Shown: one piece after another, positions 38,186 through 50,865 of the stretch
Layout of the letters: each line of letters starts with the position of its first letter
Position numbering within the stretch: the first letter of the stretch is position 1
Source: Okamejei kenojei
Taxonomy: Eukaryota
Assembly (NCBI GenBank): GCA_035221665.1
Contig: CM069136.1
Coordinates: 40,982,001 to 41,046,000 of the forward strand
Direction: 5' to 3'
DNA: 64,000 nucleotides
Notes under the pieces: generated by a model
Database searches by the model: none
What the model was told of the DNA's origin: nothing
Seen by the model: the letters and a program-made list of their open reading frames with translations, nothing else
Made by a program: the position numbers and the translations under genes

Positions 38186-38607
38186 TTAGGCAGTGTTTGT
38201 GGAATACAAGTGTTCATATTTCAGATCAAAGATCTTTTATCTCAACTGGGAGCAGAGCTTTTTCAAGGTGGAAATTTCTGGAAATGAAGCAGCAGTGAAT
38301 TCAGAAACAAATTGCAAATGGCAGAAAATCTGAAGTAGGAACAAAAGCTTTGAATTATTAACACCGTTGTTTTTTCCACCAATGTTGTCTGACTTGCTGA
38401 ATGTTTCCAGCATTTTGTTTTTATTGCAGCTTTTTTTTTTTAAGTTCTTTCTGCATTACTTTTAATGTTGAAACTGACTTTAAAATAAATTATACAAAAT
38501 CATTCATTACTTTCATTTATGTCTAGTAATTTCTTAGCGAATTTGAAAATGAAATATTTTAAAATTATATATTAATAGCCTTGTATCTAAAGATATTTTT
38601 TTAATCT

Positions 38608-39600
38608 AACATAACCATATAACCATATAACAATTACAGCACTAAAACAGGCCCTCTCGGCCCTTCCAGTCCGTGCCGGCCATTTGTTTTCCCCTAGTCC
38701 CATCTACCTGCACTCAGACCATACCCCTCCATTCCCTTCACGTCCATATACCTATCCACTTTACTTTTAAATGTTAAAATCGATCCTGCCTCCACCACTT
38801 CTGCTGGAAGCTCATTCCACACAGCCACCACCCTCTGAGTAAAGAAGTTCCCCCTCACGTTACCCCTAAATTTCTGTCCCTTAATTCTCATGTCATGCCC
38901 TCTTGTTTGAATCTTCCCTACCCTCAATGGGAAAAGCTTATCCACGTCAACTCTTGTCTATCCCTTTCATCATTTTAAAGACCTCAATCAAGTCCCCCCT
39001 TAACCTTCTGTGCTCCAAAGAATAAAGACCTAACTTGTTCAACCTTTCTCTGTAACATAGTTGCTGGAACTCTGGCAACATTCTAGTAAATCTCCTCTGT
39101 ACTCTCTCTATTTTGTTGACATCCTTCCTATAATTAGGCGACCAAAATTGTACACCATACTCCAGAATTGGTCTTACCAATGCCTTGTACAATTTTAACA
39201 TTACTTCCCTACTCCTATATTCAATGCTCTGATTTATAAAGGCCAGCACACCAAAGGCTTTCTTTACCACCCCATCTACATGCGATTCCACCTTCAGGGA
39301 ACTATGCACAGTTATTCCTAGATCCCTCTGTTCCACAGCATTCCTCAATTCCCTACCATTTACCATGTACGTCCTATTTTGATTTGACCTGCCAAGATGT
39401 AGCACTTCACACTTAACAGCATTAAACTCCATCTGCCATCTTTCAGCCCACTTTTCCAAATGGCCCAAATCTCTCTGTAGACTTTGAAAATCTACTTCAT
39501 TATCCACAACACCACCTATCTTAGTATCATCTGCATACTTACTTATCCAATTTTCCACCCCATCATCCAGATCATTGATGTACATGACAAACAACAGTGG
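38608..39600 (-). mobile_element. CR1 LINE 3' fragment (fairly intact RT C-terminus)
   Basis: ORF 38947-39642 GPLLFVMYINDLD...SKYADDTK...LVRPILEYGVQFWSP; (ATATGGTT)n tail. Confidence 0.95.
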
Positions 39601-40369
39601 ACCCTGTAACATCACCAAGGCCTTCAAACAAGTAATACTCATAAAAGGGTGACATGGTAACTAGTTGATCTGGGGCATGACCAAATTAATGAGCAGGTCC
39701 AGCAGAAAATTTCGAAAATTATAGTTGAAGATAGAGGAAACTACATTTGCACCAAAATGCATATTTGCATAAAAGCTCAATCTTCTGAACTAGTTTGGCT
39801 AAATTATACTAACCCCACAGAAAACGGACGAAAAGAGTTTCTTAAAAATAATCTATTGAATTTTGAAGAAAAAGAAGAAAAGTACCATTACGGTAACTTT
39901 CATGGACTTAAAATGGACAATCATTCTTTTAAATCAGAACTCAATATCATTCTCAAAACCATTGGGCCCAGCATTTTTTATTATAAACGCAAGCTCTACA
40001 TAAATAAATGAAATTTAAATTGGATTGAAGGATTTCCGTGGCCCATATTCCAACATTAAATTTGTTCTTCCATGCATGTAATGTGCCTGCAAATGAATGA
40101 CATTGGACATGCAATTATGTCAAACACCATATAGCAGATACCTACAGGGCTGCTGCAATGCTGGGCTTAGAATTGCCATTGAAAAGTAGTATGGACCATA
40201 TGGAAACATCCTTACATGAGGAACATGAGGTGACATACCAAAGGGGAGATACAAAACTCATGGTAAGCTATGACTTTAGAAAATTGAGGTCAATACATTA
40301 TGGTGTTCCATGGTGATCACTGCTTTTTCTAAGTGTGTGAGGAAGAGGTCTGCGACTATAGACCGTTTA

Positions 40370-40567
40370 AACCGAAGATAGACACTAAATGTTGGAGTCA
40401 TTCAGTAGGACAGGCATTGAGTTCTGACAATGATATAGAGTTCTGAAGAGAAGGAATGGGTGACATTTTGTATCAAATCCTTTCTTCAGCCAGAAGAATC
40501 TTCTTCTTCAGACCTTCTTCAGGTGTCTGAAGAAGGGTCTCGACCTGAAACGTCATCCATTCCTTCC
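40370..40567. mobile_element. Penelope-derived fold-back remnant with an intact hammerhead core at 40527-40554
   Basis: ctgaagaagggtctcgacctgaaacgtc on plus; degenerate inverted arm upstream. Confidence 0.75.
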
Positions 40568-41550
40568 ATATTTATGAATGACTGTTTGCATAGGGTAAAA
40601 AGTATATAATTCGCAGAGGGCAAAAAATGTAGAATTATGGCAAAGATCAATAATAGAATGCAAGTCAACACAGATAACTTGGCTTAAAAGACAGACAAGC
40701 GGTATATGAAATTTGATGCAAGAAGTGTCAAGTGACACACAATAAAGGACACAAGTAAAAATATAGCAGATTATATGACAATATTAGAAACCTGGAATCC
40801 CACATGCATAAATCCTAGAAAGTGACAGAATCATGAGAGTGGTTAGTAAAACTTTGGAATACAGGGATTCATAAATAGAACTATGGGATACAAAAGCTGG
40901 CAGGTTTCAGTGAAGCGGTTCAAAACACTAATTCAGCCATAAATGGACTGTTGCTTCCAATTTGAGTCACGTAACTTTACGAGGTACAAAGATTCTAGAG
41001 AGAGCTGAGGAGAGTTATTTAGGATCAGACATTGATATCAGGCTTCAGGCAAGAGGTACTAAGGGGATGCAAGGAAGAAACATTTAACTTATTTTACTTA
41101 CACGGCCATACACACACCAGTTACTCTCTGGATTTCAATGTGCAAACAGCAGCGGAAAAGAATCAATCTGTGCCATTGAAAGGGAACTAGATTGACACTT
41201 GAGAGAGAATAATTTGCAAAGCTACAGGGAAGAAGGGTCTACCATGGGGCCATAACAAATCACCAACTGCAAAGCTGTCTGCAGTTTTTCTTTTCTCACC
41301 CTACTCTTACATTCAAATGGTCTACATATCAGACGTTTCCCTTCCTTGGCATCTCCACCTCAGGTTAACTACAAACATTCATTTTAAGTCCACCAACTCG
41401 CAAAGCTATCTCAACCACGCCTCCTCTCACCCCGCCTCCGAATAGGACTTCATTCCATTCTCCCACAATGTCTCTGCCAAACACCATGCCAATATAGACA
41501 CTTATCTGCCTACACATAATCCATATTCCTCACTGCATTATCTGTGTGCC

Positions 41551-41985
41551 GACTGGATCATATGGATCGACTGGGCTTATATTCACTGGAATTTAGACGG
41601 GTGAGAGGGCATCTTATAGAAACATATAAAGTTCTTATGGGATTGGACAGGCTAGATGCAGGAAAATTGTTCTCCATGTTGGGGGAGTGCAGAACCAGGG
41701 GTCACAGTTTAAGAATAAGGGATACGCCATTTAGGACTGAGATGAGGAAAAACCTTTTCACCCAAAGAGTTGTGAATCTGTGGAATTCTCTGCCACAGAA
41801 TGCAGTGGAGGCCAATTCACTGGATGATTTCAAGAATTAGATATAGCTCTTAGGGCTAACGGAATCAAAGGATGGGGAGAAAGCAGGAACGCGGTACCGG
41901 TTTTAGCCATGATCATATTGAATGGTGATGCTGGCTTGAAGGGCCGAATGGCCTACTCCTGCACCTATTTAATATGTTTCTATGT
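41551..41985 (+). mobile_element. CR1 LINE 3' fragment
   Basis: DRLGLYSLEFRRVRGHLIETYK...FTQRVVNLWNSLP and 3' UTR with tttctatg tail. Confidence 0.9.
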
Positions 41986-42659
41986 GCCTTTCCAAGTCTT
42001 TTAATGTCTTTAAATTCCACTCTTGTTTCTGCCTCCACCACCACCTTGGAAGAGTGTTTAAAAGACATGCCTTGCACATCTCCTTTAAACCTTGCCCCTC
42101 TCCTTAAAGCTATGCCCTCTAATATTTGATATTTCCATCCTGGGAAAAAAAATTCTGATGATCTACCCCATGCACAAGAATATTTAACAGAATTCTGCAT
42201 GACATCTACTACATTTCACTCCCAGCATCACAAGAAAATCAATAGTTATATTAAGAATCAAAAAAGGTCAGTAAACCTGACACATCATCGTTATTATTAA
42301 CATTTTACAACATAATACTAAAGGTAATACTTTCATGTGCCTAAAATAAAACAAGCTAGTGTCCTTTCAATAAACAATTAAAAGCTTGTTATCTTCTATA
42401 TGTAAAGACAAATGCCAATACTTTGGTGCTCAAGATGTGGAATTACCTGACGGGCTGTTGATTTTATCATCATGAACAAATATTTTGTGTGATTTCAGAA
42501 AAAAGAATGTAACTAATTTGTGCAACTAAGGTGTGATGATGTGTCTCAACCACACACGATTTTTACCTCTTTGACGGTGGCCACCCTGCCATGCTTGTCA
42601 AATATTTGCTAGTACAAAGCTTAGAAGATCCTGTTTCTGATTAACAGAGTGAGGGGTAT

Positions 42660-44050
42660 GTTGAACAATCCATGTTCCAGACGTACACTGGCCGTATCCA
42701 CAAACTCTTTCTCCACTACATCGATGACTGCATCGGGGCTACTTCCTGCACCCATGCAGAACCCATGGACTTCATTCGCTTCAATACCAATTTCCATCCT
42801 GCACTCAAATTCACTTGGACCATCTGCGGCACCTCCCTCCACTTTCTTGCCCTCACCGTCTCCATCACAGGAGATAGACTATCGACTGACGTCTATTATA
42901 AACCTACTGATTCCCACAACTATCTAGATTACACTTCTTCCCACCCTGCCTCCTGCAAAGACTATATCCTCTTCTCCCAATTCCTCCTTCTACACCCAAG
43001 ATGAGGTGTTCCATACCAGGACATCCGAGATGTCCACATTCTTTAGGGAATGGTGGTTCTTCTCTTCTATCATAGATGAGGCCCTCACGAAGGTCTCCTT
43101 GGAATCCCACAGCTACGTGCTTGCTTCCCCTCCCAGTGGCAACACGGAATAGAGTCCTCCTTGTTCTCACCTTGCACCCCTTCAGCCGTCGCATACAATA
43201 CATAATCCTCTGACATTTTCACCACCTCCAACGGGATCCCACCAGTAGCCACATCTTTCCATCTCCACATCTCTCCGCTTTCCACAGAGACCATTCTCTC
43301 CACAACTCGCTGGTTAACTCGTCCCTTCCCACCCAAACCACCCCCTCACCAGGTACCTTCTCCTGCAACCACAGAAGATGCAACACCTGTCCCTATACCT
43401 CCCCCCTTGACTATCCAATGACCCCAACAGTCCTTTCAGGTTAGGCAGAGGTTCATTTGCACCTCCTCCAACCTCTTCTCTGTATCCGCTGTTTCAGGTG
43501 TGATATAGGCAAGACCAAGCGCAGGCTGGGCAGTCGTTTCTTTGAACACCTCCGCTCAGTCCGCCAAAATCTACCCGATCCCCCGGTTGTTAAACACCTT
43601 AACCTCCCCCTCCGTTTCCCACACTGACCTATCTGTCCTGGACTTCCTCCATTGTCAGAGTGAGGCCAAATGCAAATTGAAGGAACAGCACCTCATATTT
43701 CGCTTGGACAGCTTGCACCCCAGCGGCATGAAAGTGATTTCTCTAACTTCTAGTAACCCTTGTATCCCTGCTCTCTCTGTCTCTTCCCCACCCTAGTTGT
43801 TGTACTAGTTTCACACACTGTCTGTATAATTGGCTGTCACCTAGCCCACAGCCAATAATAGTCCATTGTGGACTCCACCTTTCCTTGATCATCATTGCTT
43901 TTTTGCATATATTTAATTCATTTGTTCTATATCTCTCGTTTTCTTTTTCGCTGACTCTCAGTCTGAAGAAGGGTCTCAACTCGAAACATCACCTATTCCT
44001 TTTCTCCAGAGATGCCACCTGACCCGTTGAGTTACTCCAGCATTTCGTGT
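42660..44050 (+). mobile_element. Penelope-like retroelement 3' fragment (RT, GIY-YIG endonuclease, pLTR with hammerhead core)
   Basis: LHYIDDCIG...FHPALKFT...VYYKPTDSHNYLDYTSSHP (Penelope RT); IGKTKRRLGSRFFEHLRSV and EQHLIFRL...PSGM (GIY-YIG); ends ctgaagaagggtctcaactcgaaacatcacctattcc. Confidence 0.9.
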
Positions 44051-44261
44051 CCAGCTGCAGGAAATGACATTTCTCTGCCCCTATCTATTACTAACAAATA
44101 ATCTGTTTCTACGTTTTTTAATGAAACAGTGAGCAGATTTTCAAGAACAATTCCTGCCCTGCTATTAACTTCAATAGTAGTCATAATGTTGTTTTCTGTC
44201 AGGGAATAAAAACATTAAAATGGGACACAAGATGCAGGAGAGCTGAAGGGGTTAAATGGTC

Positions 44262-44465
44262 ATAAGATCATGTGATAGAAGCAGAGTTAGGCCATTCAGC
44301 CCATCAAGTCTACTCCACCATTCAATCATGGCTAATTTATCTCTCCCTCAGAACCCAATTCGTCTGCCTTCTCCCCGTAATTCCTGACACCTGTACTAAT
44401 CAAGAATCTATCTCTCTCTGCCTTAAAAATATCCATTGATTTGGCCTCCACAGCGTCCTGTGGCA
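44262..44465 (-). mobile_element. CR1 3' end
   Basis: Same 3' UTR as 24640-25065. Confidence 0.8.
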
Positions 44466-44824
44466 ATAATGCGCCCGAGTGGATTTGTCCAACTCCGTCT
44501 AATATGGGCAAGAGAGCAGTCCGATCATTCTGCCTTTAATGGCATACTCACACTTTTTCACCAAACACAAACAACTGTCATGCAATGAAGTACTTACCTC
44601 TTTCAATGCATGGTGATAAAGAAAGTTTCAGCAATGTGCGAACATAATGTCCCACAAAGAAATGATGCACTGAAACCCCCCCCCACACACACACACACAC
44701 GGCAGCAGGTGTAGGAACATATCCCATCAGCGATTCTGGAGTTTGACACAGAACTTATGAAAATAAGATTTATGTATTAATAAACAATAATATTTTTTCT
44801 GTAGATTCCATGTTAAGTGAAGGG

Positions 44825-45650
44825 ATTAGCAAAGCAAAAAAAAGGGCAGGGGAGAAACTCAGTGGTTCAGGCAGCACCTGTGGAGGAAAGTGGACAGTTG
44901 ACATTTCAGGTTGAGACCCTTCATTCGGGCTGCAAGAGTAGAGTGGGAGTAGCCAGTATAAGAGATGGAGGAGGAGCATGAGCTTGCAAGCGACAGGTGG
45001 ATACAGGTCGAGGAGCGGTTGACTGATACTGGGAGACATATGGGAAAGCCAATGTTGGAGATAGCAGCAGAGGCTGGGAGGTGATAAGTAGAGAACAAAA
45101 AGCTGAAGATTCTGGAGAGGAAAGTGACGAATGAAACTGAATGAGAAGCGGTGGTGGCAGATGGGAGGAGATGGATTGGAAGGGTGAGCAATTAGGGTCG
45201 GGGAAGGGGATTCAATCAGAAAGTGTGTGTGGTGGAGGGGGGAGAGGAGGAAGAAAAAAACGGGAATATGGAGGTGGCGTCAAGATAGGGAAATGGCTTG
45301 AGAGAAACCACCAGGATAAATAAGAGGAGAAAGGTGCAGTTGAGGTGCAGGTTACCTGAAATTGGAGCATTCAACATTCATTAACTTTGATTATAGACCA
45401 CCCAGGCAGAATACGAGGTGCTATTCTCCTACTTTGCATCTGGTCTAACCCTGGCAGTGGAGGGGGCCCCAGAACAAACGGTACAGTGTGGGAATGTGAC
45501 GGGAATTAAAATGGCCGACAACCAGGTAACCCAGGTCTTGACAGCAAAACACCACCTCATCTGTTTTTGGCCTCACCGATGACGAGGAGGCCACATCAAG
45601 AGCACTAAATACATCAGGCAAGGTTGGAGGAGGTGTAGCTGAAACCCTAC
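44825..45650 (-). mobile_element. Old Penelope-like 3' fragment
   Basis: Reverse complement shows a GIY-YIG tail (cacctcgtattctgcctggg...aatgttgaatgctccaatttc) and a degenerate hammerhead/pLTR at 44850-44930. Confidence 0.7.
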
Positions 45651-48600
45651 CTTAGTAACATTCTGCTAAGGACTTTGTTGTGTTTTTTCTGCATACTTTG
45701 GTTTAGCACTATTACAATCTGATTACCTGGTATTAACAATTAACTCATTCTATTATTGATTAGTGTGTAAATATTTGCCATGTTATTGCATTGATGGCCA
45801 TGTAAAGCTACAGTAAGTAATAGTTTCATTGTTCTAAAAAGCTGCAGCAAGTAAGAATTTAATTGTTCCAGATCATATCTGGTGCAGTGCAGATGACAAA
45901 CGTTCTCGACTCTTATCCATTGTTTGCCTTCACGTAAGTACAGCACAATGCATGCACTGTGTACCATAAAGTACATACAACAATTCGTCTAGGCTTTCTT
46001 ACAAACACGAGAGAAAAACATCAAACTGCACTGCCTAAAAAAAAAGTCTGCAGTTAAAGACAGCAGGGACAGGGGATATGGGAAGATGGCAGGAACGGGG
46101 TACTTATTAGGGATGATCAGCCATGATCACATTGAATGGTGGTGCTAGCTCGAAGGGCCGAATGGCCTACTCCTGCACCTATTGTCTATTACTGGGGATT
46201 CAAATTAACACGCTATGCTCACTTGGAGATTTACATCTAATTTCTAATTTCGCAACTTTGGAGCTACCCACAATAGTATGATTGACATTTCTTCAGCCAG
46301 GCACTCTTTCCAATTAAGATAGCAGATTTTCAATGCCTCAACAGCAATTAACTATAATTAATTCACATTAATCTCCCAGTACTGTCCATTTCCCATGATG
46401 AATTACATATAGATAAATTCAAATCTCCATATTGACACAAATTACTATTATTCTGTTGCCAATTACCTCGGAAATGTTTGAGCACATAAAAAAATACAAA
46501 TACAAATACAAAAAAATAAGCATGTGAATAAGCAAAACAATTTTCTACATCTAATCAACATCTAAATATCACTGATGATTATTTGCTCGTCGCAGCATTT
46601 TGTCATTATGTGCTTGCATTTGCCTGTCCTACGAGTTGCCAGAGGATACAGCCACATTGGAAAATTATTGTTCACTGGTCTTGGAGAGTTTACAAAAAAA
46701 TCTTAAAGGAATGCCACAGGCACTAGGTCTAGATAGCCGAACTTCATTCAGCAATGATACACAAAAGGCAATAGTGAGGCCAGGTTGCTGACCACAATAG
46801 GATGAGATTTTCACAGTGGAGGAATGTACACAGTCATCCGGAGACAGAACGAATAGCAGGTTTTTCTTTCCCCACAGATTTACGTTACATTCCTTTGGGC
46901 TTGGTATTAATGTCACCAAAGCCTCAAAGTACTGGTCAACAGAGGACCCAAGGCTGCAGTGACTCTAGTCTCTGCCAAAATAAAAATCTCAAACACAATC
47001 CAAAACTCCTGGTCTACTGGACAGCAGATTTTCCCGCTTGGAATGTGTAGGAACTGTAGATGCTGAAGAAGGGCCTCGACATGAAACGTCGCCCATTCCT
47101 TCTCTCCAGAGATACTGCCTGTCCGGCTGAGTTATCCAGTTTTTTGTAGTATCCATCTTCCCACTTGGAATACTTGCTGCACTTGCAAGAAAGCACTAAT
47201 GATGCCGTGGAACAATCCTCCACATCCACTGTCAGGATAAGCCAACCAATGTCAATATCTACTCTCTTGCCAACTTCTTCACCAGCAAGGTTCTATCTGC
47301 ACTCAGCCAGCTCCAATGGACAGGCTTTGCCTGCCTGATTCTGAATTCCCAAAACAGTCTCTCTACCTCAAACTCTTATCTCGGCAAGAGGTGTTCTCAA
47401 AGCTCTCTTGAAATAACCTCACAAAACCAAGAGAATCCTGGCCTATGACCGATCAAAATGGAGGAGGAGCATTCATGATGGCACTGACAACCTAACGCTG
47501 AGAACCTAACGCTGAGAAGCCCAACAGGAAGAGCAGATAGAGACCACCACCCTCCACACTACTCACGACACCTCCTGTCGCATCTGCAGTAGTCCGTGGA
47601 TTCCCACAAATGCCTTCTCCCACACACTGGACTCCTCACTGATTGTCCAAAGCAAAGACCAAGAGCCAACTATGTGAGAGTGGATGGCAGCAACATTGTC
47701 CAGCACATGACACAGGTTTTGGGTGACTGACTGCTGCGTGGACTTGCTGGCCCAGAGATGTTTTCAGTATCGGCGATGAATATCGTCGAATATCAAATGG
47801 AAGATGGTTGGTTCTCTTTCTAGTTGTAAATAGCTATTGCCAGACACTTATGTGATTTGAAATGTTATTTAGTACTTACTAGTCTAAATTTACAGGTTGA
47901 CAATATTTGCTACATGTGCACATTGTCTATTTCATTTTCTGAATTTTTGGAACTGATCACTGCATCATCAGTGAACATCTGCACTTCTGATGATACTTTT
48001 GAGTGAAGGCCATTGATGATTGGACCTTTGACACTGAAGATAGTTGAGCCTTGGACACGGTCCTGAAGAATCACAGCAGCAACATGCAGGGGTTAATTTA
48101 ATAGATCTCAAACAACTACAAACATTTCACAAATGCAAATCAACCATATGCAGCAAAAAAATCTGAAATAAGGTGCAAAATATGCAGGGGTGCTCAGAAA
48201 GCTTTGCACCATTTACCTTATTGAAAGTGGACCTAAGCTGCTTGCCCACAAACTATATCTGGAATTCTAGCAAGTCACAGTCATGACTTCTTACTGGATC
48301 CTTAACCACGAGATCTTGTTCTAATCCCATCCCATTACAAGTGCTCAAATCTAAAATCAATTGTTCCCAGGTAGATTCCAAAACATTCTCTTCTACAGGG
48401 GGTGGGGTGAGAGGTTTGGAAGAAATTAGCAGGTCAGGCAGCATCTGTGGATAGATTACGTTTTGGGTCAGGACCATTGTTCACTAGTCAGAAAAAAATA
48501 TCCCAGCCACACTCTACAAATTCCTTTACCATGGTACAATGGCCAGTGTGATTCGAACACATTAACAGATAAAAATCACCCATGATAATTACAATTGCCT

Positions 48601-48802
48601 TATTATATTCTTCTGACATTTCATGTGTTTTTGTCCTATCGAGAAGAAACAATTTGAGGAGTTTCAATCTATTCCCATGCATGTCTTCTTCACACTGCCA
48701 TTCATTATTTTCAACCAAATAAATTTAACATCACTGTGCACTACATCCAAGCCATCACTCAACACTGCATTTATTTCATATTCAACACAGTATTGATCAT
48801 CT

Positions 48803-49022
48803 GGGTTACACAAAAAGCTGGAGAAACTCAGCGGGTGCAACAGCATCTAAGGAGCGAAGGAGATAGGCGATGTTTCGGGTCGAGACCCTTCTCCAGTCTG
48901 AAGAAGGGTCTCGACCCGAAACGTCGCCTATCTCCTTCGCTCCTTAGATGCTGCTGCACCCGCTGAGTTTCTCCAGCTTTTTGTGTACCCTCGATTCTCC
49001 AGCATCTGCAGTTCCTTCTTTA
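48803..49022. mobile_element. Complete Penelope-derived fold-back element with 16-bp TSD
   Basis: ~92-bp near-perfect inverted arms centred at ~48896, then a 3' tail; acagtattgatcatct duplicated at 48787-48802 and 49023-49038. Confidence 0.92.
48898..48925 (+). ncRNA. Minimal hammerhead ribozyme core
   Basis: CUGAAGA-A-GGGU(CUCG)ACCC-GAAA-CGUC: CUGANGA box, stem II, GAAA box, loopless ACGU palindrome, GUC cleavage triplet. Confidence 0.75.
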
Positions 49023-50527
49023 ACAGTATTGATCATCTACTTGATTAACAATGCTAATAATCATCTTTCACCTTAAGCCTGAAAAGCATAATGATGTAGA
49101 ACAATAAGCTCCCAGGATGGTGACCCTGCAAGCATGCCTGGTTAACACTGTTCGATCGCACACATTTGTTCTTACTATCTCTTGTTACCAAGGCTACATG
49201 CATTCAGGCAACGAGCTTAAATCTTTGTCATTTTACAACTTTCAAATTTCTTCCGATTTCATTTTCTGCCACTATTTTTCTGATATTTTTATTCTCCTCC
49301 CAGTCATGCCTCGATTGTCATTCTCTTTATTCTGTGCCACCACTTCTTTATGGTTTATAAAGTTTCCTGTTACTGGAAACATTCCCCACCCCCCACACTA
49401 ATAAGGCTCGCAGAGAAACTGCCCGTGTTTCAGAACAATTTTGCTTTCTGAAGCAACATCAATCTTTGTTTGTGCCGGTAGGGATTTGGCCCATGGCAAA
49501 TTTTACACTTTATTCCCATCGACTTCAATTTCACAAGGAATCTTTGAGGACACATTCATTCAAATGTTCTCTTGATATCAAAAGTGGTCATACTACCCTT
49601 GCACTGAAATCTATCTGCCTTGCCCATGCACCAAGAGCCAGAACTCTGTGGTCCTGGCCAAATACAAATTGAACATCAGTGACTAGATAATTGGCCAGAT
49701 GGAAGATTTCACCTTCCGTCTAGACAGTTGCACCCCTTGGGACTCAGAAATGAATTTAACAATTTCAGGTAACCACTCTATCTTCCTCTTTCTCTTTCTC
49801 TTTCTTCCTCCACAGATTTGGCTATACCTTAGTTTCATTTTATATCTTGATTTCATTTCTGCCACTTACTGCTGGAATTTAAAGTAATTGATACTTTGAT
49901 AATTTTGGTCAACACCCGATCACAGACATACTTACTGTTCCCTCCATGCCTTCCCCCTCTCTGCAATTTAAAACACACTTGGTTTCTCATCTTTCCAGTT
50001 CTGATAAAGAATACTTCACCCGACTATTAACCATTTCTTTTCCTACAGATGCAACCTGCTAATTGCATCCAGTTTTTGTTTTTGCATTAATTACCGTGGG
50101 ATCTACCTTGCATCAGTTCCCTGCAGATTGATCATTGGTGATGCACTGGACGAATTCTAGGTGATTCTTATCCCCTACCCCATATCTCAAATGATTCAAC
50201 TCCTGGCTGCCCACAGTTTTCAGCCATCCGCAAGGTGCAAGTCAGCTCTCTAAATGAGTACAACACTCAAGAAAACTCAACACTATCCATGTTAATCAAA
50301 CACGTGGCGCAATGTGCGTTGGAAATATATCACCTAATCTTCATTGTAGTTGAATCAAAGACACAATGGTGCTCCAAAGACAACAGCCGATTACAGAGCA
50401 AACTCATTAATAACTTCTCAAGAACAATTAGTATTGGGCAATTATTGCTGGTCTCACAAAAGTCCATATTCAATTGTTGAACAGAAATAAAGTAGCCACC
50501 AATTTCCTATTGTTACAGGAGTGTTCA

Positions 50528-50865
50528 GGGCAGCACGGTGGCACAGCGGTAGAGTTGCTGCCTTACAGCGCTTGCAGTGCCGGAGACCCAGGTTCGATCC
50601 CAACAAAGGGCGCTGAATGTACGGAGTTTATACCTTCTCCCTGCGACCGCATGGGTTTTCTCCCAGATCTTCGGTTTCCTCCCACACTCCAAAGACGTAC
50701 AGGTTTAAAACATTTTTTAAAAAGACCTGCATGTTTGTAGGTTAATTGGCTTGGGTTTGTAAACTTGGTACAAGTGTAAATTGTGGTTAGTGTGTGTAGG
50801 CTTGCAGGGATCGCTGGTCGGCACGGACTCGGTGGCCGAAGGGCCTGTTATTCCAAACTAAACCA
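50528..50865 (+). mobile_element. Full-length HE1-type V-SINE
   Basis: tRNA-like head with A box (tggcacagcgg) and B box (ggttcgatccc), V-core (tgggttttctccc...cggtttcctcccacactccaaagac), CR1-derived tail (ggccgaagggcctgtt). Confidence 0.92.

Noticed and set aside
44590-44600. Minus-strand donor-like GAG|gtaagt
   Set aside because: No recognisable upstream coding exon or acceptor; isolated donors are expected by chance in 55 kb.
50528-50605. tRNA gene
   Set aside because: The A and B boxes belong to the tRNA-derived head of an HE1 SINE followed by V-core and CR1 tail.
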